57,888 nucleotides of DNA from an uncultured Spirochaetaceae bacterium (GTDB lineage: Bacteria > Spirochaetota > Spirochaetia > DSM-27196 > PWMO01), in NCBI GenBank assembly GCA_964635245.1, contig CAZWNS010000006.1, positions 1 through 57,888 on the forward strand. Reading direction: 5' to 3'. Below, in pieces: positions 9,095 to 17,879 of this stretch. Positions within the stretch are counted from its first letter, which is position 1. Every line of letters starts with the position of its first letter. The notes under the pieces were generated by a model. It was not told the origin of the DNA, searched no databases, and saw only the letters and a program-made list of their open reading frames with translations. The position numbers were made by a program, and so were the translations under genes.

Positions 9095-10450
9095 ATGAGC
9101 GAGCACACCGTTCAGTTCTTCGACACGCACGCGCCGCCGGCGCGGAGGCAGAACACCATCGGCGTGGAAGAGCACAAGCGATATAGGACCAAGCGCGGCC
9201 TGCGCAATGAGGACGGCACCGGCGTCCTCATCGGTCTGACCGAAATCGGCGACGTGCACGGCTACATCATCGACGAGCTGGAGAAGATCCCCGTGGAGGG
9301 ACGTCTGACCTACCGTGGAATCGACGTCTTCGATATCGTCGAGGGGTTTCAGACGGACGGGCGCTTCGGCTATGAGGAGGTGGCTTATCTCCTCCTGTTC
9401 GGGGACCTGCCGAGCGAGTCGGAGCTCTCGGACTTCCGCTCCGTGCTGGCCGAGAGTCGGACGTTGCCGAACGGGTTCACCGAGGACATGATTCTGCAGG
9501 CACCGAGCTCCGATATCATGAACAAGCTCGCCAGGTCGGTGCTCGCCGCGTACTCCTACGACGATAACCCCGAAGACATTTCGGTGCGAAACGTGCTGCG
9601 TCAGAGCGTGGAGCTCATCGCACGCTTTCCGACGATGGTGGCCTACGGCTACCAGGCGAAACGTTATAACTATCACGATGAGAGCCTCTACATTCACGCT
9701 CCGGAGCGGGAGCTTTCGACCGCAGAAAACCTTCTGCAGCTCGTGCGGCCCGATCGCGGATACACCAGGCTGGAAGCTGAAACGCTGGATCTCGCGCTGG
9801 TGCTGCACGCCGAGCACGGCGGCGGAAACAACTCCTCCTTCGCCGTCCACGTGGTCTCCTCGGCCGGAACGGATACCTACTCGGCGATATCGAGCGCCTG
9901 CGGATCCCTCAAAGGGCCCAAGCACGGCGGGGCGAGTGGCCGCGTGGCTGCGATGATGGACGAGGTCATGAACGGGGTCGGAGCGTGGGATGACGATGAG
10001 GAGATCATCGCCTACCTCAGGCGCATTGCGAAGAAGGAGGCGGGGGACCGGACCGGGCTCGTGTACGGAATGGGGCACGCGGTCTACACGCTGTCCGACC
10101 CTCGCGCGGTGCTGCTCAAGGAAAAGGCCCGTGAGCTTGCCGCGGCGAAGGGCTTCAGTGAGCGGCTTGCGCTCTACGAGCGCGTCGAGCAGCTGACTCC
10201 CGAGGTACTCCGTGAGGTGCGCGGGCGGACCGAGCCCATCGCCGCCAACGTTGACTTCTATTCAGGCCTGGTCTATGAGATGCTGAACATCCCGCGGGAC
10301 CTCTACGTGCCGATATTCGCCGTCGCCCGCGTGGCGGGCTGGACGGCCCACCGCATCGAGGAGCTCGTAAGCGGCGGGCGCATCATGCGCCCGGCGTACA
10401 AGAACATCCTCGGTCGACGGGAGTACGTGCCGATGGCCGATCGGCGATAG
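9095..10450 (+). CDS. Citrate synthase family protein (citrate/2-methylcitrate synthase)
   Basis: 451 aa. It has LVLHAEHGGGNNS and GMGHAVYTLSDPRA, plus the C-terminal NVDFYSG and RPAYKN motifs. A GAGGGG Shine-Dalgarno-like stretch precedes the ATG. Confidence 0.9.
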   Translation: MSEHTVQFFDTHAPPARRQNTIGVEEHKRYRTKRGLRNEDGTGVLIGLTEIGDVHGYIIDELEKIPVEGRLTYRGIDVFDIVEGFQTDGRFGYEEVAYLLLFGDLPSESELSDFRSVLAESRTLPNGFTEDMILQAPSSDIMNKLARSVLAAYSYDDNPEDISVRNVLRQSVELIARFPTMVAYGYQAKRYNYHDESLYIHAPERELSTAENLLQLVRPDRGYTRLEAETLDLALVLHAEHGGGNNSSFAVHVVSSAGTDTYSAISSACGSLKGPKHGGASGRVAAMMDEVMNGVGAWDDDEEIIAYLRRIAKKEAGDRTGLVYGMGHAVYTLSDPRAVLLKEKARELAAAKGFSERLALYERVEQLTPEVLREVRGRTEPIAANVDFYSGLVYEMLNIPRDLYVPIFAVARVAGWTAHRIEELVSGGRIMRPAYKNILGRREYVPMADRR

Positions 10451-10497
10451 CCGCCCGCGGCGGCCGGGTATCGCCCGCGGCGGCCGGCCGCCGGCGG
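10451..10497. repeat. GC-rich tandem 16-nt repeat with embedded palindromes between convergent genes (possible bidirectional terminator)
   Basis: CGCCCGCGGCGGCCGG occurs at 10452-10467 and 10472-10487 (period 20). A 14-nt perfect palindrome GGCGGCCGGCCGCC lies at 10479-10492. There is no U-tract. Confidence 0.4.
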
Positions 10498-10506
10498 ATG
10501 GTGCGG

Positions 10507-12585
10507 TCAGGCCTCCGCTTTCTCCGCCTCCGCCTGTTTGATGACCTCGTCGGCAATGCGCCCGGAAATCGGGTCGTAGTGGCTGAACTCCATCTCGAAC
10601 CCTCCGGTGCCGGAAGTGATGGAGCGCAGATCGATGGCGTAGCGCAACAGCTCCGCCTGCGGAACCTGAGCCTTGATGACGATGAAGCCGCCGCCGAGCT
10701 GCTCCTGTCCCTGCACGCGCCCCCGACGGGCGGTGAGGTCGGAGAGCACGTCACCGAGGTACTGCTCCTCGATGAAGACTTCGAGGTTCATCACGGGCTC
10801 GAGCAGGGTGGGCTTGGCCTTCTGCACGGCCTCCTTCAGCGCGCCCTTTGCCGCCAACTTGAACGCCATCTCGGAGGAGTCCACCGGGTGCTCCTTCCCA
10901 TCGAGGAGTTGCACGCCGATATCAACGGCGGGGTAGCCGGCGACAAAGCCCTCCTGCATGCCCTCGTGAAGGCCCTTCTCGATACCGGGGATGTAGCCCT
11001 TCGATACGGCCATACCGCGGATCAGATTCTCGAAGGAGTACTGCTGCCCGCGCTCGAGCGGGAAGATCTTTATGACGACCTCGCCGAACTGCCCGTGCCC
11101 CCCCGACTGCTTCTTGTGCCGGTAGGTCGCATCCGCGCTCTTCTGAATGGTCTCGCGATAGGCGACCTTGGGCAGCTTCGTCTCGATATCGATCTTCTGG
11201 CTCTGCTTGATCTTGTCGAGGATCATGTTGAGGTGAAGCTCGCCCATGCCGGAGATGACGGTCTCCTTTGTTTCCTCGTTCTGCTCGACGGTAAAGGTGA
11301 GGTCCTCTTCCTGCGCCCGATGCAGCATCTCGGCGATGCGGTCCTCCGCCTTGCGGTCGGAGACGGCGATGGCAACCGCGTGCACCGGCTGCGGCAGTTG
11401 CAGCGGCTTGAGGGTCAGCGGATGATCGGGGCTCGAGAGGGTATCGTTCACCCTCGCCGAGGGTACCTTCGTGAGAATGCCGATGTCGCCCGCGACGAGC
11501 TCCGAGGTTTCATCTATCTTCTTGCCCTGCGCGGTATAGACCTTCGAGAGCTTCTCCTTCTTGCCCTCCCGGCTGTTGTAGACCTCGCTGTCGTGGGTGA
11601 TCTTCCCGCCGACGACCTTGATGAAGGAAAGCTTGCCGGAGAACTGATCGATGCGGGTCTTGAAGCAGAGGGCCGCCAGAGGGCCGTCGGATGCAATCGG
11701 GAACGCCGCCTCGCTGCCGTCCTCGCTCACGCTCGTCTCGGTGACGCGGGCCGGCGACGGTCCCGCGGTCGTGAGAAGATCGAGAAACGCGGCCGGTCCC
11801 GCGTTCAGCGTTGCCGATCCGCAGACCACGGGTACGATCTTGTTCTCGCCCAATCCCTCGGCGAGACCGGTCTTGACCTCGTCGTCGGTGAGGGTTTCCT
11901 CCTCGAGGTACTTGGCGAGCAGATCATCATCGCCCTCGGCCGCGGACTCGAGGAGCGCGGCGCGGGCTTCCTCGGCCTGCGCCTTGAACTCTTCGGGAAT
12001 GTCGGTGGCGGCTTCTTTGGCGCCGTCGCCCGGGACGGGGTAGGCCTTCATGGCCACCAGGTCGATGACGCCCTGGAAATCCGGGCCGGTGCCCATGGGA
12101 ATGGTCACCGGCACGAAACTCGCGTCGAACTTCTCGCTGAGATCCGCGAGGGCTTTGGAGAAGTCGGCCATCTCCTCGTCGAGCTTGTTGACGAAGACGA
12201 TGCGCGGTTTGTTCCGCGCATCGAGCCGGCGCCAGATCTTGATGGTTTCGATCTGCACCCCGGCGCGGGCGGCAACCATGACGGCGGCGGACTCACAGAC
12301 GCGCAGTGCGGCAACGACCTCGCCGACGAAGTCGGAGGCGCCCGGCGTGTCCATGATATTGATCTTGCCGTTCTTCCATGGAATATTGCTGAGGGTGGCG
12401 TGCACGGATTGCCTGTTCGCAATCTCCTCATCGGTGTAATCGCTGACGGTTTTGCCGGACTCGACCGTCTCGGCTTTCGAGATGGTGCCTCCGGTGAAGA
12501 GCAGGTGCTCGACGAACGAAGTCTTGCCGGTACCGCCGTGCCCGACGACGGCAACATTGCGAATGGAATCCGTGGATGTGCTCAT
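10507..12585 (-). CDS. Divergent elongation factor G-like GTPase (EF-G paralog)
   Basis: 692 aa. The G motifs are GHGGTGKT, DTPG and NKLD. The EF-G domain II-V layout is readable and the C-terminus is EF-G-like (EFSHYD). Confidence 0.85.
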   Translation of the reverse strand: MSTSTDSIRNVAVVGHGGTGKTSFVEHLLFTGGTISKAETVESGKTVSDYTDEEIANRQSVHATLSNIPWKNGKINIMDTPGASDFVGEVVAALRVCESAAVMVAARAGVQIETIKIWRRLDARNKPRIVFVNKLDEEMADFSKALADLSEKFDASFVPVTIPMGTGPDFQGVIDLVAMKAYPVPGDGAKEAATDIPEEFKAQAEEARAALLESAAEGDDDLLAKYLEEETLTDDEVKTGLAEGLGENKIVPVVCGSATLNAGPAAFLDLLTTAGPSPARVTETSVSEDGSEAAFPIASDGPLAALCFKTRIDQFSGKLSFIKVVGGKITHDSEVYNSREGKKEKLSKVYTAQGKKIDETSELVAGDIGILTKVPSARVNDTLSSPDHPLTLKPLQLPQPVHAVAIAVSDRKAEDRIAEMLHRAQEEDLTFTVEQNEETKETVISGMGELHLNMILDKIKQSQKIDIETKLPKVAYRETIQKSADATYRHKKQSGGHGQFGEVVIKIFPLERGQQYSFENLIRGMAVSKGYIPGIEKGLHEGMQEGFVAGYPAVDIGVQLLDGKEHPVDSSEMAFKLAAKGALKEAVQKAKPTLLEPVMNLEVFIEEQYLGDVLSDLTARRGRVQGQEQLGGGFIVIKAQVPQAELLRYAIDLRSITSGTGGFEMEFSHYDPISGRIADEVIKQAEAEKAEA

Positions 12586-12636
12586 CAGCTTTCTCCTTAA
12601 GCGAGCAGGAATCGGGTTAATCGTATTTTAACCGTC

Positions 12637-12666
12637 ACTATAGGGGCGCGGTTATCCCGTTGTCAA
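12637..12666 (-). promoter_or_regulatory. Sigma70-type promoter for the EF-G-like gene
   Basis: On the minus strand, TTGACA (12666-12661) is followed by an 18-nt spacer and TATAGT (12642-12637). Downstream is AAGGAG, 7 nt before the ATG at 12585. Confidence 0.6.
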
Positions 12667-12680
12667 GCAAGGCGCACGAG

Positions 12681-14723
12681 CTAGCCGGGCTGCTTCTCGG
12701 TTGCCTGCGCGAAGTGCGAGAACTCCATCGCGTAGTTACCCCGGCCCTGGGTAATGCTTCGCAGCGAGGTCGAGTAGCCGAACATCTGCTTGAGCGGTGC
12801 TTCGGCGCGGATATGCTCCATGGCCGGTCTCGACTCCACACCCTGCACGACCCCGCCGCGCATGGTGATGCCGTTGATCACGTCTCCGAGGAAATCCGCG
12901 GGGCACATGACGTCCACGCGCATCACGGGTTCGAGGAGAATCGGGCCCGCCGCAGCGCACGCATTGTCGAAGCCCATGGATCCGGCAGCCTCGAAGGCGA
13001 GGGGGGTCGAGGTGAGCTCGTCGTAGCGAGCGCCCAGCAGGGTCACGCCGATGTCGATAGTCGGATAGCCGTAGACGATCCCGGAGGTGAAGGCCGCCTC
13101 CACGCCGCGGCGCACCGCGTCGATGAGCTCCTCGGGCAGATCGTTCTTCGACACCTCGTTCGTGAATCGGTTTCCGCTTCCGCGGTCGAGCGGCTCCACG
13201 CGCAGGGTGATCTCGGCGTTGTTCTCCTTGCCGCCGAGGACACGGTGGTAGCTCTCGGTGTGCTCGAGCGTCTGCGTTATGGACTCGCGGTAGGTCACCT
13301 GCGGCCGGCCGACACGGGCGGCGACCTTGAAGTCGTCTATAATGCGGGTGACGAGCACGTCGAGGTGGAGCTCCCCCATGCCGGAGATGATCAGCTCGCC
13401 GGTGTCCTCGTTCTCGTAGCTGAAGAAGGTGGGATCCTCCTTCGCAAGGGTGGTCAGCACGTCTTTCAGCTTGTCACGCTGTGAGAGGGTCTCGGGTTCG
13501 ATGGCCACCGAAATGACGGGCTCGGGGAAGTGCATCCGCTCGAGGATGACGGGAAAACCCTCGCTTCCGATCGTATCGCCGGTCTGCGCGTGCTTGAACC
13601 CGATGAACACGGCGATGTCGCCGGCCTCCACGCTGTCGATGGCCTCGGTGCGGTTCGCGTGCATGCGAAGCAGGCGGTGCACCCTCTCGCGCTTCTTCTT
13701 GTCCGCGTTGTAGACGGTCGTCCCGGCCTTCACCGAACCGGAATACATGCGCACGAAGCACAGATCACCCGCCTCGCGCTCGGACTGTATCTTGAAAACC
13801 AGTCCCACCGGCGGGCCCTCGGCGGTGCGCTCCACCGCGACCGTGCTCTCCTTCTTCGCGTGCATGCCTTCTTCGGGAGGAATCTCCTCGGGCGCCGGGA
13901 GGTAGTTGACGACGGCGTCGAGAAGCGGTTGTACACCCACGTTCTTGAGGCTGGCGCCGCAGAAGGTCGGCACGATGCCGCGATCGAGCGTCTTCTCGCG
14001 GATGACGTGATTGATGGTCTCGGTCGGAATCTCGCGGCCGTCGAGGTACAGCTCGGTGAGCTCATCGGAATAGGCACTGAGCGCGTCGATCATCGCCTCG
14101 CGCCACTCCTGCGCGGACTCGAGGTATTCCTCGCGGATGGGCGCGGTGCTCATGGCCGAACCGAACGTCTCGTGGTCCCAGTGCAACTCCTGCATCGAGA
14201 GCAGATCGATCGTGCCCTCGAAGGTCTGCTCCGTGCCGATCGGAATCGACAGGACGAGGGGAACCGCACCGAGCTTTTCCTTCATCTCCTCGACGACGGC
14301 GAAGAAGTTCGCTCCGGTACGATCCATCTTGTTCACGTAGGCGAGACGCGGGATACTGTACGCATCCGCCTGGTGCCACACTGTTTCGGACTGAGGCTCC
14401 ACACCGCCGACCGCGTCGAAGATGGCGACGGCGCCGTCGAGCACCCTCAGTGAGCGCTCCACCTCCGCGGTGAAATCCACGTGACCCGGCGTGTCGATGA
14501 TGTTGATCTGATGATCGCGCCAAAAGCAGGTCGTTGTCGCCGAGGTGATGGTGATACCGCGGTTCTGCTCCTGCGTCATCCAGTCCATCGTCGCGTCGCC
14601 GTCGTCCACCTCGCCGATGCGGTGACGCTTTCCGGTGTAGAAGAGGATCCGTTCGGTAGTCGTCGTCTTTCCGGCATCGATGTGCGCCATGATGCCGATA
14701 TTTCTGAGTTTTCTCAGTTTCAT
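12681..14723 (-). CDS. fusA: Elongation factor G
   Basis: 680 aa. It starts [31 protein letters not shown] and has [12 protein letters not shown] and SGMGELHL. It is not next to rpsL/rpsG. Confidence 0.9.
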   Translation of the reverse strand: MKLRKLRNIGIMAHIDAGKTTTTERILFYTGKRHRIGEVDDGDATMDWMTQEQNRGITITSATTTCFWRDHQINIIDTPGHVDFTAEVERSLRVLDGAVAIFDAVGGVEPQSETVWHQADAYSIPRLAYVNKMDRTGANFFAVVEEMKEKLGAVPLVLSIPIGTEQTFEGTIDLLSMQELHWDHETFGSAMSTAPIREEYLESAQEWREAMIDALSAYSDELTELYLDGREIPTETINHVIREKTLDRGIVPTFCGASLKNVGVQPLLDAVVNYLPAPEEIPPEEGMHAKKESTVAVERTAEGPPVGLVFKIQSEREAGDLCFVRMYSGSVKAGTTVYNADKKKRERVHRLLRMHANRTEAIDSVEAGDIAVFIGFKHAQTGDTIGSEGFPVILERMHFPEPVISVAIEPETLSQRDKLKDVLTTLAKEDPTFFSYENEDTGELIISGMGELHLDVLVTRIIDDFKVAARVGRPQVTYRESITQTLEHTESYHRVLGGKENNAEITLRVEPLDRGSGNRFTNEVSKNDLPEELIDAVRRGVEAAFTSGIVYGYPTIDIGVTLLGARYDELTSTPLAFEAAGSMGFDNACAAAGPILLEPVMRVDVMCPADFLGDVINGITMRGGVVQGVESRPAMEHIRAEAPLKQMFGYSTSLRSITQGRGNYAMEFSHFAQATEKQPG

Positions 14724-14740
14724 TGGTCTCGCCGCAGCGG

Positions 14741-14770
14741 ATCATAGCACACAGCCGCTCGGTGTGGAAA
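14741..14770 (-). promoter_or_regulatory. Candidate promoter for fusA-like gene
   Basis: On the minus strand, TTTCCA is followed by an 18-nt spacer and TGcTATGAT (extended -10, complement of 14741-14749). This lies 17 nt upstream of the ATG at 14723. Confidence 0.45.
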
Positions 14771-14808
14771 CATCCGCAAAACTGCGCGCGCCGCGCGTGA
14801 CCATCAGC

Positions 14809-14837
14809 TTGACAGCCGCCCGGCCGCGTGGTAGCTT
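14809..14837 (+). promoter_or_regulatory. Candidate promoter for tRNA-Val
   Basis: TTGACA (14809-14814) is followed by a 17-nt spacer and TAGCTT (14832-14837). The mature tRNA 5' end lies 11 nt downstream. Confidence 0.4.
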
Positions 14838-14848
14838 CACCTCCGCTC

Positions 14849-14920
14849 GGGCGGTTAGCTCAGCGGGAGAGCGCCTGCCTTACAAGCAGGATGTCACTGG
14901 TTCAAATCCAGTACCGCCCA
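14849..14920 (+). tRNA. tRNA-Val (anticodon TAC)
   Basis: I hand-folded a 72-nt cloverleaf. The acceptor stem is GGGCGGT/ACCGCCC, the D arm is GCTC..GAGC, and the anticodon stem CCTGC/GCAGG carries the loop CTTACAA. The T arm is ACTGG-TTCAAAT-CCAGT and the discriminator is A. CCA is not encoded. Confidence 0.93.
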
Positions 14921-14925
14921 TCTCG

Positions 14926-14956
14926 ACCCGGCGCTCAATCGGCGTCGGGTTTTTTG
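14926..14956 (+). terminator. Rho-independent terminator after tRNA-Val
   Basis: A 9-bp stem ACCCGGCGC / GCGTCGGGT (one G-U pair) with a 7-nt loop is followed by TTTTTT. Confidence 0.75.
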
Positions 14957-14984
14957 TGCACGGTTCGTCGCGGGGGTACGCACT

Positions 14985-15773
14985 ATGGGAACAGCGATCG
15001 TCGTTGCGCACCGAGGCGGGGCGGGCGTTCGACCGGAGAACACGGTGGCGGCGTTCGATCACGCCGTCGGGCTGGGGTGCTCGTTCCTCGAGCTCGATGT
15101 GCGGGCCACGAGCGACGGCGTCCCGGTGGTCATTCACGATGCCGAAGTCAACCGGGTGAGTGACGGCGACGGCCCGGTTTGCGGTTACTCCGCCGCGGCA
15201 CTCGCGGAGCTCGACGCGGCGTACCGCTGGAGCGATGACGGGCGCAGCTTTCCGTTTCGCGGCCGGGGCATCCGCATCCCCACACTGCGCGAAGTGTTCG
15301 AGCGATACCCGCGGGCGTGGATCTCAATCGACATCAAGGCCCCCGATCCCGCTCTGACATCCAGGGTGGCGGAGCTCATCTCGTCGTTCGGGCGCGCGGA
15401 ACGGACGGTGGTCGGATCCTTCTCCTGTGCCACGGCCCGCCGGTTCAGGCGGCTCGAGCCCCTCGCTCACGCGAGCGCGTGCCCCGCGGAGGTGCGGCGC
15501 ATGGTTGCAGCGGCCGTCTTCGGTCTGAAGCCGCTGGTGCCCCGCCGTCCCGGCTTTCTCATGGTGCCGGAGTACTGGGGCCGGGCGCATATCGTCACGC
15601 CCGGGTTTATTGCGGCGGCGAGACGCCGAGGCAAGCAGGTGTTCGTCTGGACCGTAAACGATGCCGAGACGGCATCGCGGCTCGCCGGCGCCGGCGTGCA
15701 CGGTATTGTCACCGACTACCCGGCCCGGATTTCGGCGGCCGTCGGCGGCGACGCGGAAGACAACCGAGGTTGA
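14985..15773 (+). CDS. Glycerophosphodiester phosphodiesterase family protein
   Basis: VAHRGGAGVRPENTVAAFDHAVGLGCSFLELDVRATSDGVPVVIHD matches the GDPD signature. The C-terminus has WTVND. Confidence 0.85.
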   Translation: MGTAIVVAHRGGAGVRPENTVAAFDHAVGLGCSFLELDVRATSDGVPVVIHDAEVNRVSDGDGPVCGYSAAALAELDAAYRWSDDGRSFPFRGRGIRIPTLREVFERYPRAWISIDIKAPDPALTSRVAELISSFGRAERTVVGSFSCATARRFRRLEPLAHASACPAEVRRMVAAAVFGLKPLVPRRPGFLMVPEYWGRAHIVTPGFIAAARRRGKQVFVWTVNDAETASRLAGAGVHGIVTDYPARISAAVGGDAEDNRG

Positions 15774-15810
15774 GGGCGGGTGCCTTTTCGGCTACGATGC
15801 CCGAACCACT

Positions 15811-16848
15811 ATGACGGCACCGATTCTTGTGAACCTCGCCTTTCTCCTCGTCGGGCTTATTCTGCTGTACTTCGGTGGGGATTTCCTGGTTTCCGGGGCC
15901 TCCGGAATCGCACGGCGGCTCAACATACCGGTCATCGTGATTGGACTCACCGTCGTCGCCTTCGGGACGTCGGCGCCCGAGCTCTTCGTCAGTCTGATCT
16001 CGGCGTGGAAAGGGCTCATGCCGGTATCGGTGGGGAACGTGGTGGGGAGCAACATCATCAATGTTGCCCTCGTGCTCGGGCTCGTGTCGCTGGTGCGTCC
16101 CCTGCCGGTGACCCGCAAGATTGCGCTCGTCGACACGCCCATCATGATCGGATCGTCGCTCGTGCTCGCCCTCGTGGTGATGAACTTCCGCGGAGGGACG
16201 CCGGAGGCCGGCATGCGCGACGGCGCGGCGCCGTACTGGCGCGACGGCGTCATTACCACATTCGAGGGGCTCGTCATGGTGGGACTCCTCGTCGCCTACC
16301 TCTACATTCTCTATCGAAACGCGAGTCGCAGCGGCCCCGAGGCCCTCGAAGAGATTCCGATCGACGAGATACCCGAAGCGCCGTCCGCCGGGATGCCGCT
16401 CATGGTCCTCAAAGTGCTCGCGGGCATCGCGGGGCTGGCCGTCGGCGGTCAGCTTCTCGTCGACGGGGCGTCGTGGATTGCCGAGAACGTCTTCGGGGCG
16501 TCTCAGCGCTTCGTCGGCGTAACGATCGTTGCCTTCGGGACCAGCCTCCCGGAGCTCGTAACGTCTCTGGTCGCCATCGTGCGAAAGGAGACGGATATCT
16601 CGCTCGGAAACGTGGTGGGAAGCAACATCTTTAACTCCCTGCTCGTACTCGGGGCAACGTCGTTGGTGCGAAATATCGAAATCGGGAGCAGCGACTTCAG
16701 GCTCGATTTTCTGTTCATGATCGGGGTGAGCGTTCTGCTCTTTCTCATCACCGCCTGGCGGCGAGAGCTGCCGCGATGGGGCGGGGCTGTGTTCTTCTGC
16801 GTCTACATCGTCTACGTTGTCTTTCTCCTCCAGACGCGTACACTATAG
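15811..16848 (+). CDS. CaCA-family cation/Ca2+ antiporter (YrbG-like)
   Basis: Trimmed to the ATG at 15811. The two alpha-repeats GTSAPELFVS and GTSLPELVTS, each followed by GNVVGSNI, are diagnostic. A TTGAGG-17-TACGAT promoter-like element lies at 15770-15798. Confidence 0.85.
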   Translation: MTAPILVNLAFLLVGLILLYFGGDFLVSGASGIARRLNIPVIVIGLTVVAFGTSAPELFVSLISAWKGLMPVSVGNVVGSNIINVALVLGLVSLVRPLPVTRKIALVDTPIMIGSSLVLALVVMNFRGGTPEAGMRDGAAPYWRDGVITTFEGLVMVGLLVAYLYILYRNASRSGPEALEEIPIDEIPEAPSAGMPLMVLKVLAGIAGLAVGGQLLVDGASWIAENVFGASQRFVGVTIVAFGTSLPELVTSLVAIVRKETDISLGNVVGSNIFNSLLVLGATSLVRNIEIGSSDFRLDFLFMIGVSVLLFLITAWRRELPRWGGAVFFCVYIVYVVFLLQTRTL

Positions 16849-16853
16849 GAATC

Positions 16854-17867
16854 ATGCCGGACGACAAACCGCTCATCGACCCCCGCACCGCCGTACGACG
16901 GCTCCTCGTCCTGTTGCCCATCTCGGTCGGTATCAGCGTCGTGGTGTCCCTGGTGACTACCGGCGCCGACGAGATTCTCAAGCTCGACGCGTTCTCCTTC
17001 CACCTGTTCGCAGCGGCCGCCGGTCTGCGCCTCGTGCCGTGGATAACAAAGGCGTTTCGGCTGATGAACTGGATGCATTTTCTCGGTCACCGGTTCAGCT
17101 TCGGTGACGGCCTGCGCATCTCGATCATGTCGGAGCTGGGGATGGCGTTGACGCCCACGGCGGTCGGAGGTCAGCCGGTGAAGGCCGGCATGCTCTACCA
17201 GCGCGGTGTATCCCTGGGTGAGTCAACGTCGCTCACGACGATTCAAACGGTGGAGGATCTCACCTTCTACGCAATGGGACTTCCTCTTGCTATCGCTCTG
17301 GCATCCGTGCGGGCGAGAACGGCGTTGAAACGGATCGTGGAACATGAAGTGACGGGTGTGGGCGGCGGTGTGATCGCCGCCGGCATCCTGGTGGTACTGA
17401 TCGTGGCCGCCGTGCTGATCGCCCGCGCCTACGGTGTGTTTCCGAGACTGCGGCGGAAGCTGCGCTCGTTCGGGGAGGAGTTCAAACGGCTGTATGAGGA
17501 GATCATCAGGCGGGGCAAACAGCGTTTCGCCGTGAACGTGGCGGTTGCGGCCGTGCAGTGGATCAGTCGCTACTCCATTGTCGCGGTGCTCACGCTCAGC
17601 CTCGGTCACGAGGTCAACTTTCTGAACTTTCTGGTACTGCAATGGCTACTGTTTTCGATCATGGCCTTCGTGCCTACCCCGGGTGCCACGGGCGGGGCGG
17701 AAGGGCTGTTTGTTCTGCTGTTCAGGGGCGTTCTTCCGCGCGGGACGCTGGGCACGATTCTCATCGGCTGGCGTTTCCTGGATTTCTATTTCACCACCGT
17801 ACTTGCGCTGGCCGTGCTGAGCATCGGGCACCTGGGAACCCGTCCGCCGGCAGCGACGGAACGCTGA
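16854..17867 (+). CDS. Flippase-like / lysyl-phosphatidylglycerol-synthase-TM-region family membrane protein (UPF0104-like)
   Basis: Trimmed to the ATG at 16854. It is polytopic, and the C-terminal PTPGATGGAEG resembles the family's conserved PxxPGGxGxxE motif. Confidence 0.6.
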   Translation: MPDDKPLIDPRTAVRRLLVLLPISVGISVVVSLVTTGADEILKLDAFSFHLFAAAAGLRLVPWITKAFRLMNWMHFLGHRFSFGDGLRISIMSELGMALTPTAVGGQPVKAGMLYQRGVSLGESTSLTTIQTVEDLTFYAMGLPLAIALASVRARTALKRIVEHEVTGVGGGVIAAGILVVLIVAAVLIARAYGVFPRLRRKLRSFGEEFKRLYEEIIRRGKQRFAVNVAVAAVQWISRYSIVAVLTLSLGHEVNFLNFLVLQWLLFSIMAFVPTPGATGGAEGLFVLLFRGVLPRGTLGTILIGWRFLDFYFTTVLALAVLSIGHLGTRPPAATER

Positions 17868-17879
17868 GGAGGGAGCTGC

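Noticed and set aside
10498-12600. 700-aa plus-strand ORF covering the whole EF-G-like gene
   Set aside because: It is antisense to a frame with clear GTPase motifs (GHGGTGKT, DTPG, NKLD). Its own translation is low-complexity (Leu/Gly/Arg/Asp-rich) with no motif. Long stop-free antisense frames are expected at this G+C content.
14849-15000. tRNA-Val as a possible genomic-island integration site
   Set aside because: There is no integrase, no duplicated tRNA 3' segment that I could see nearby, and the downstream genes have the same composition as the rest of the window.
15661-15810. N-terminal extensions offered by the ORF track (starts at 15661, 16776, 20484, 24804, 35203, 38859, 39000 minus, 49890, 51157, 53105 minus, 55659, 2027 minus)
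   Set aside because: The extensions overlap the preceding gene or promoter and are Arg/Pro-rich. They sit ahead of an internal start that restores a normal N-terminus (signal peptide, HTH or family motif), often with a Shine-Dalgarno sequence or an ATGA/GTGA coupling overlap.
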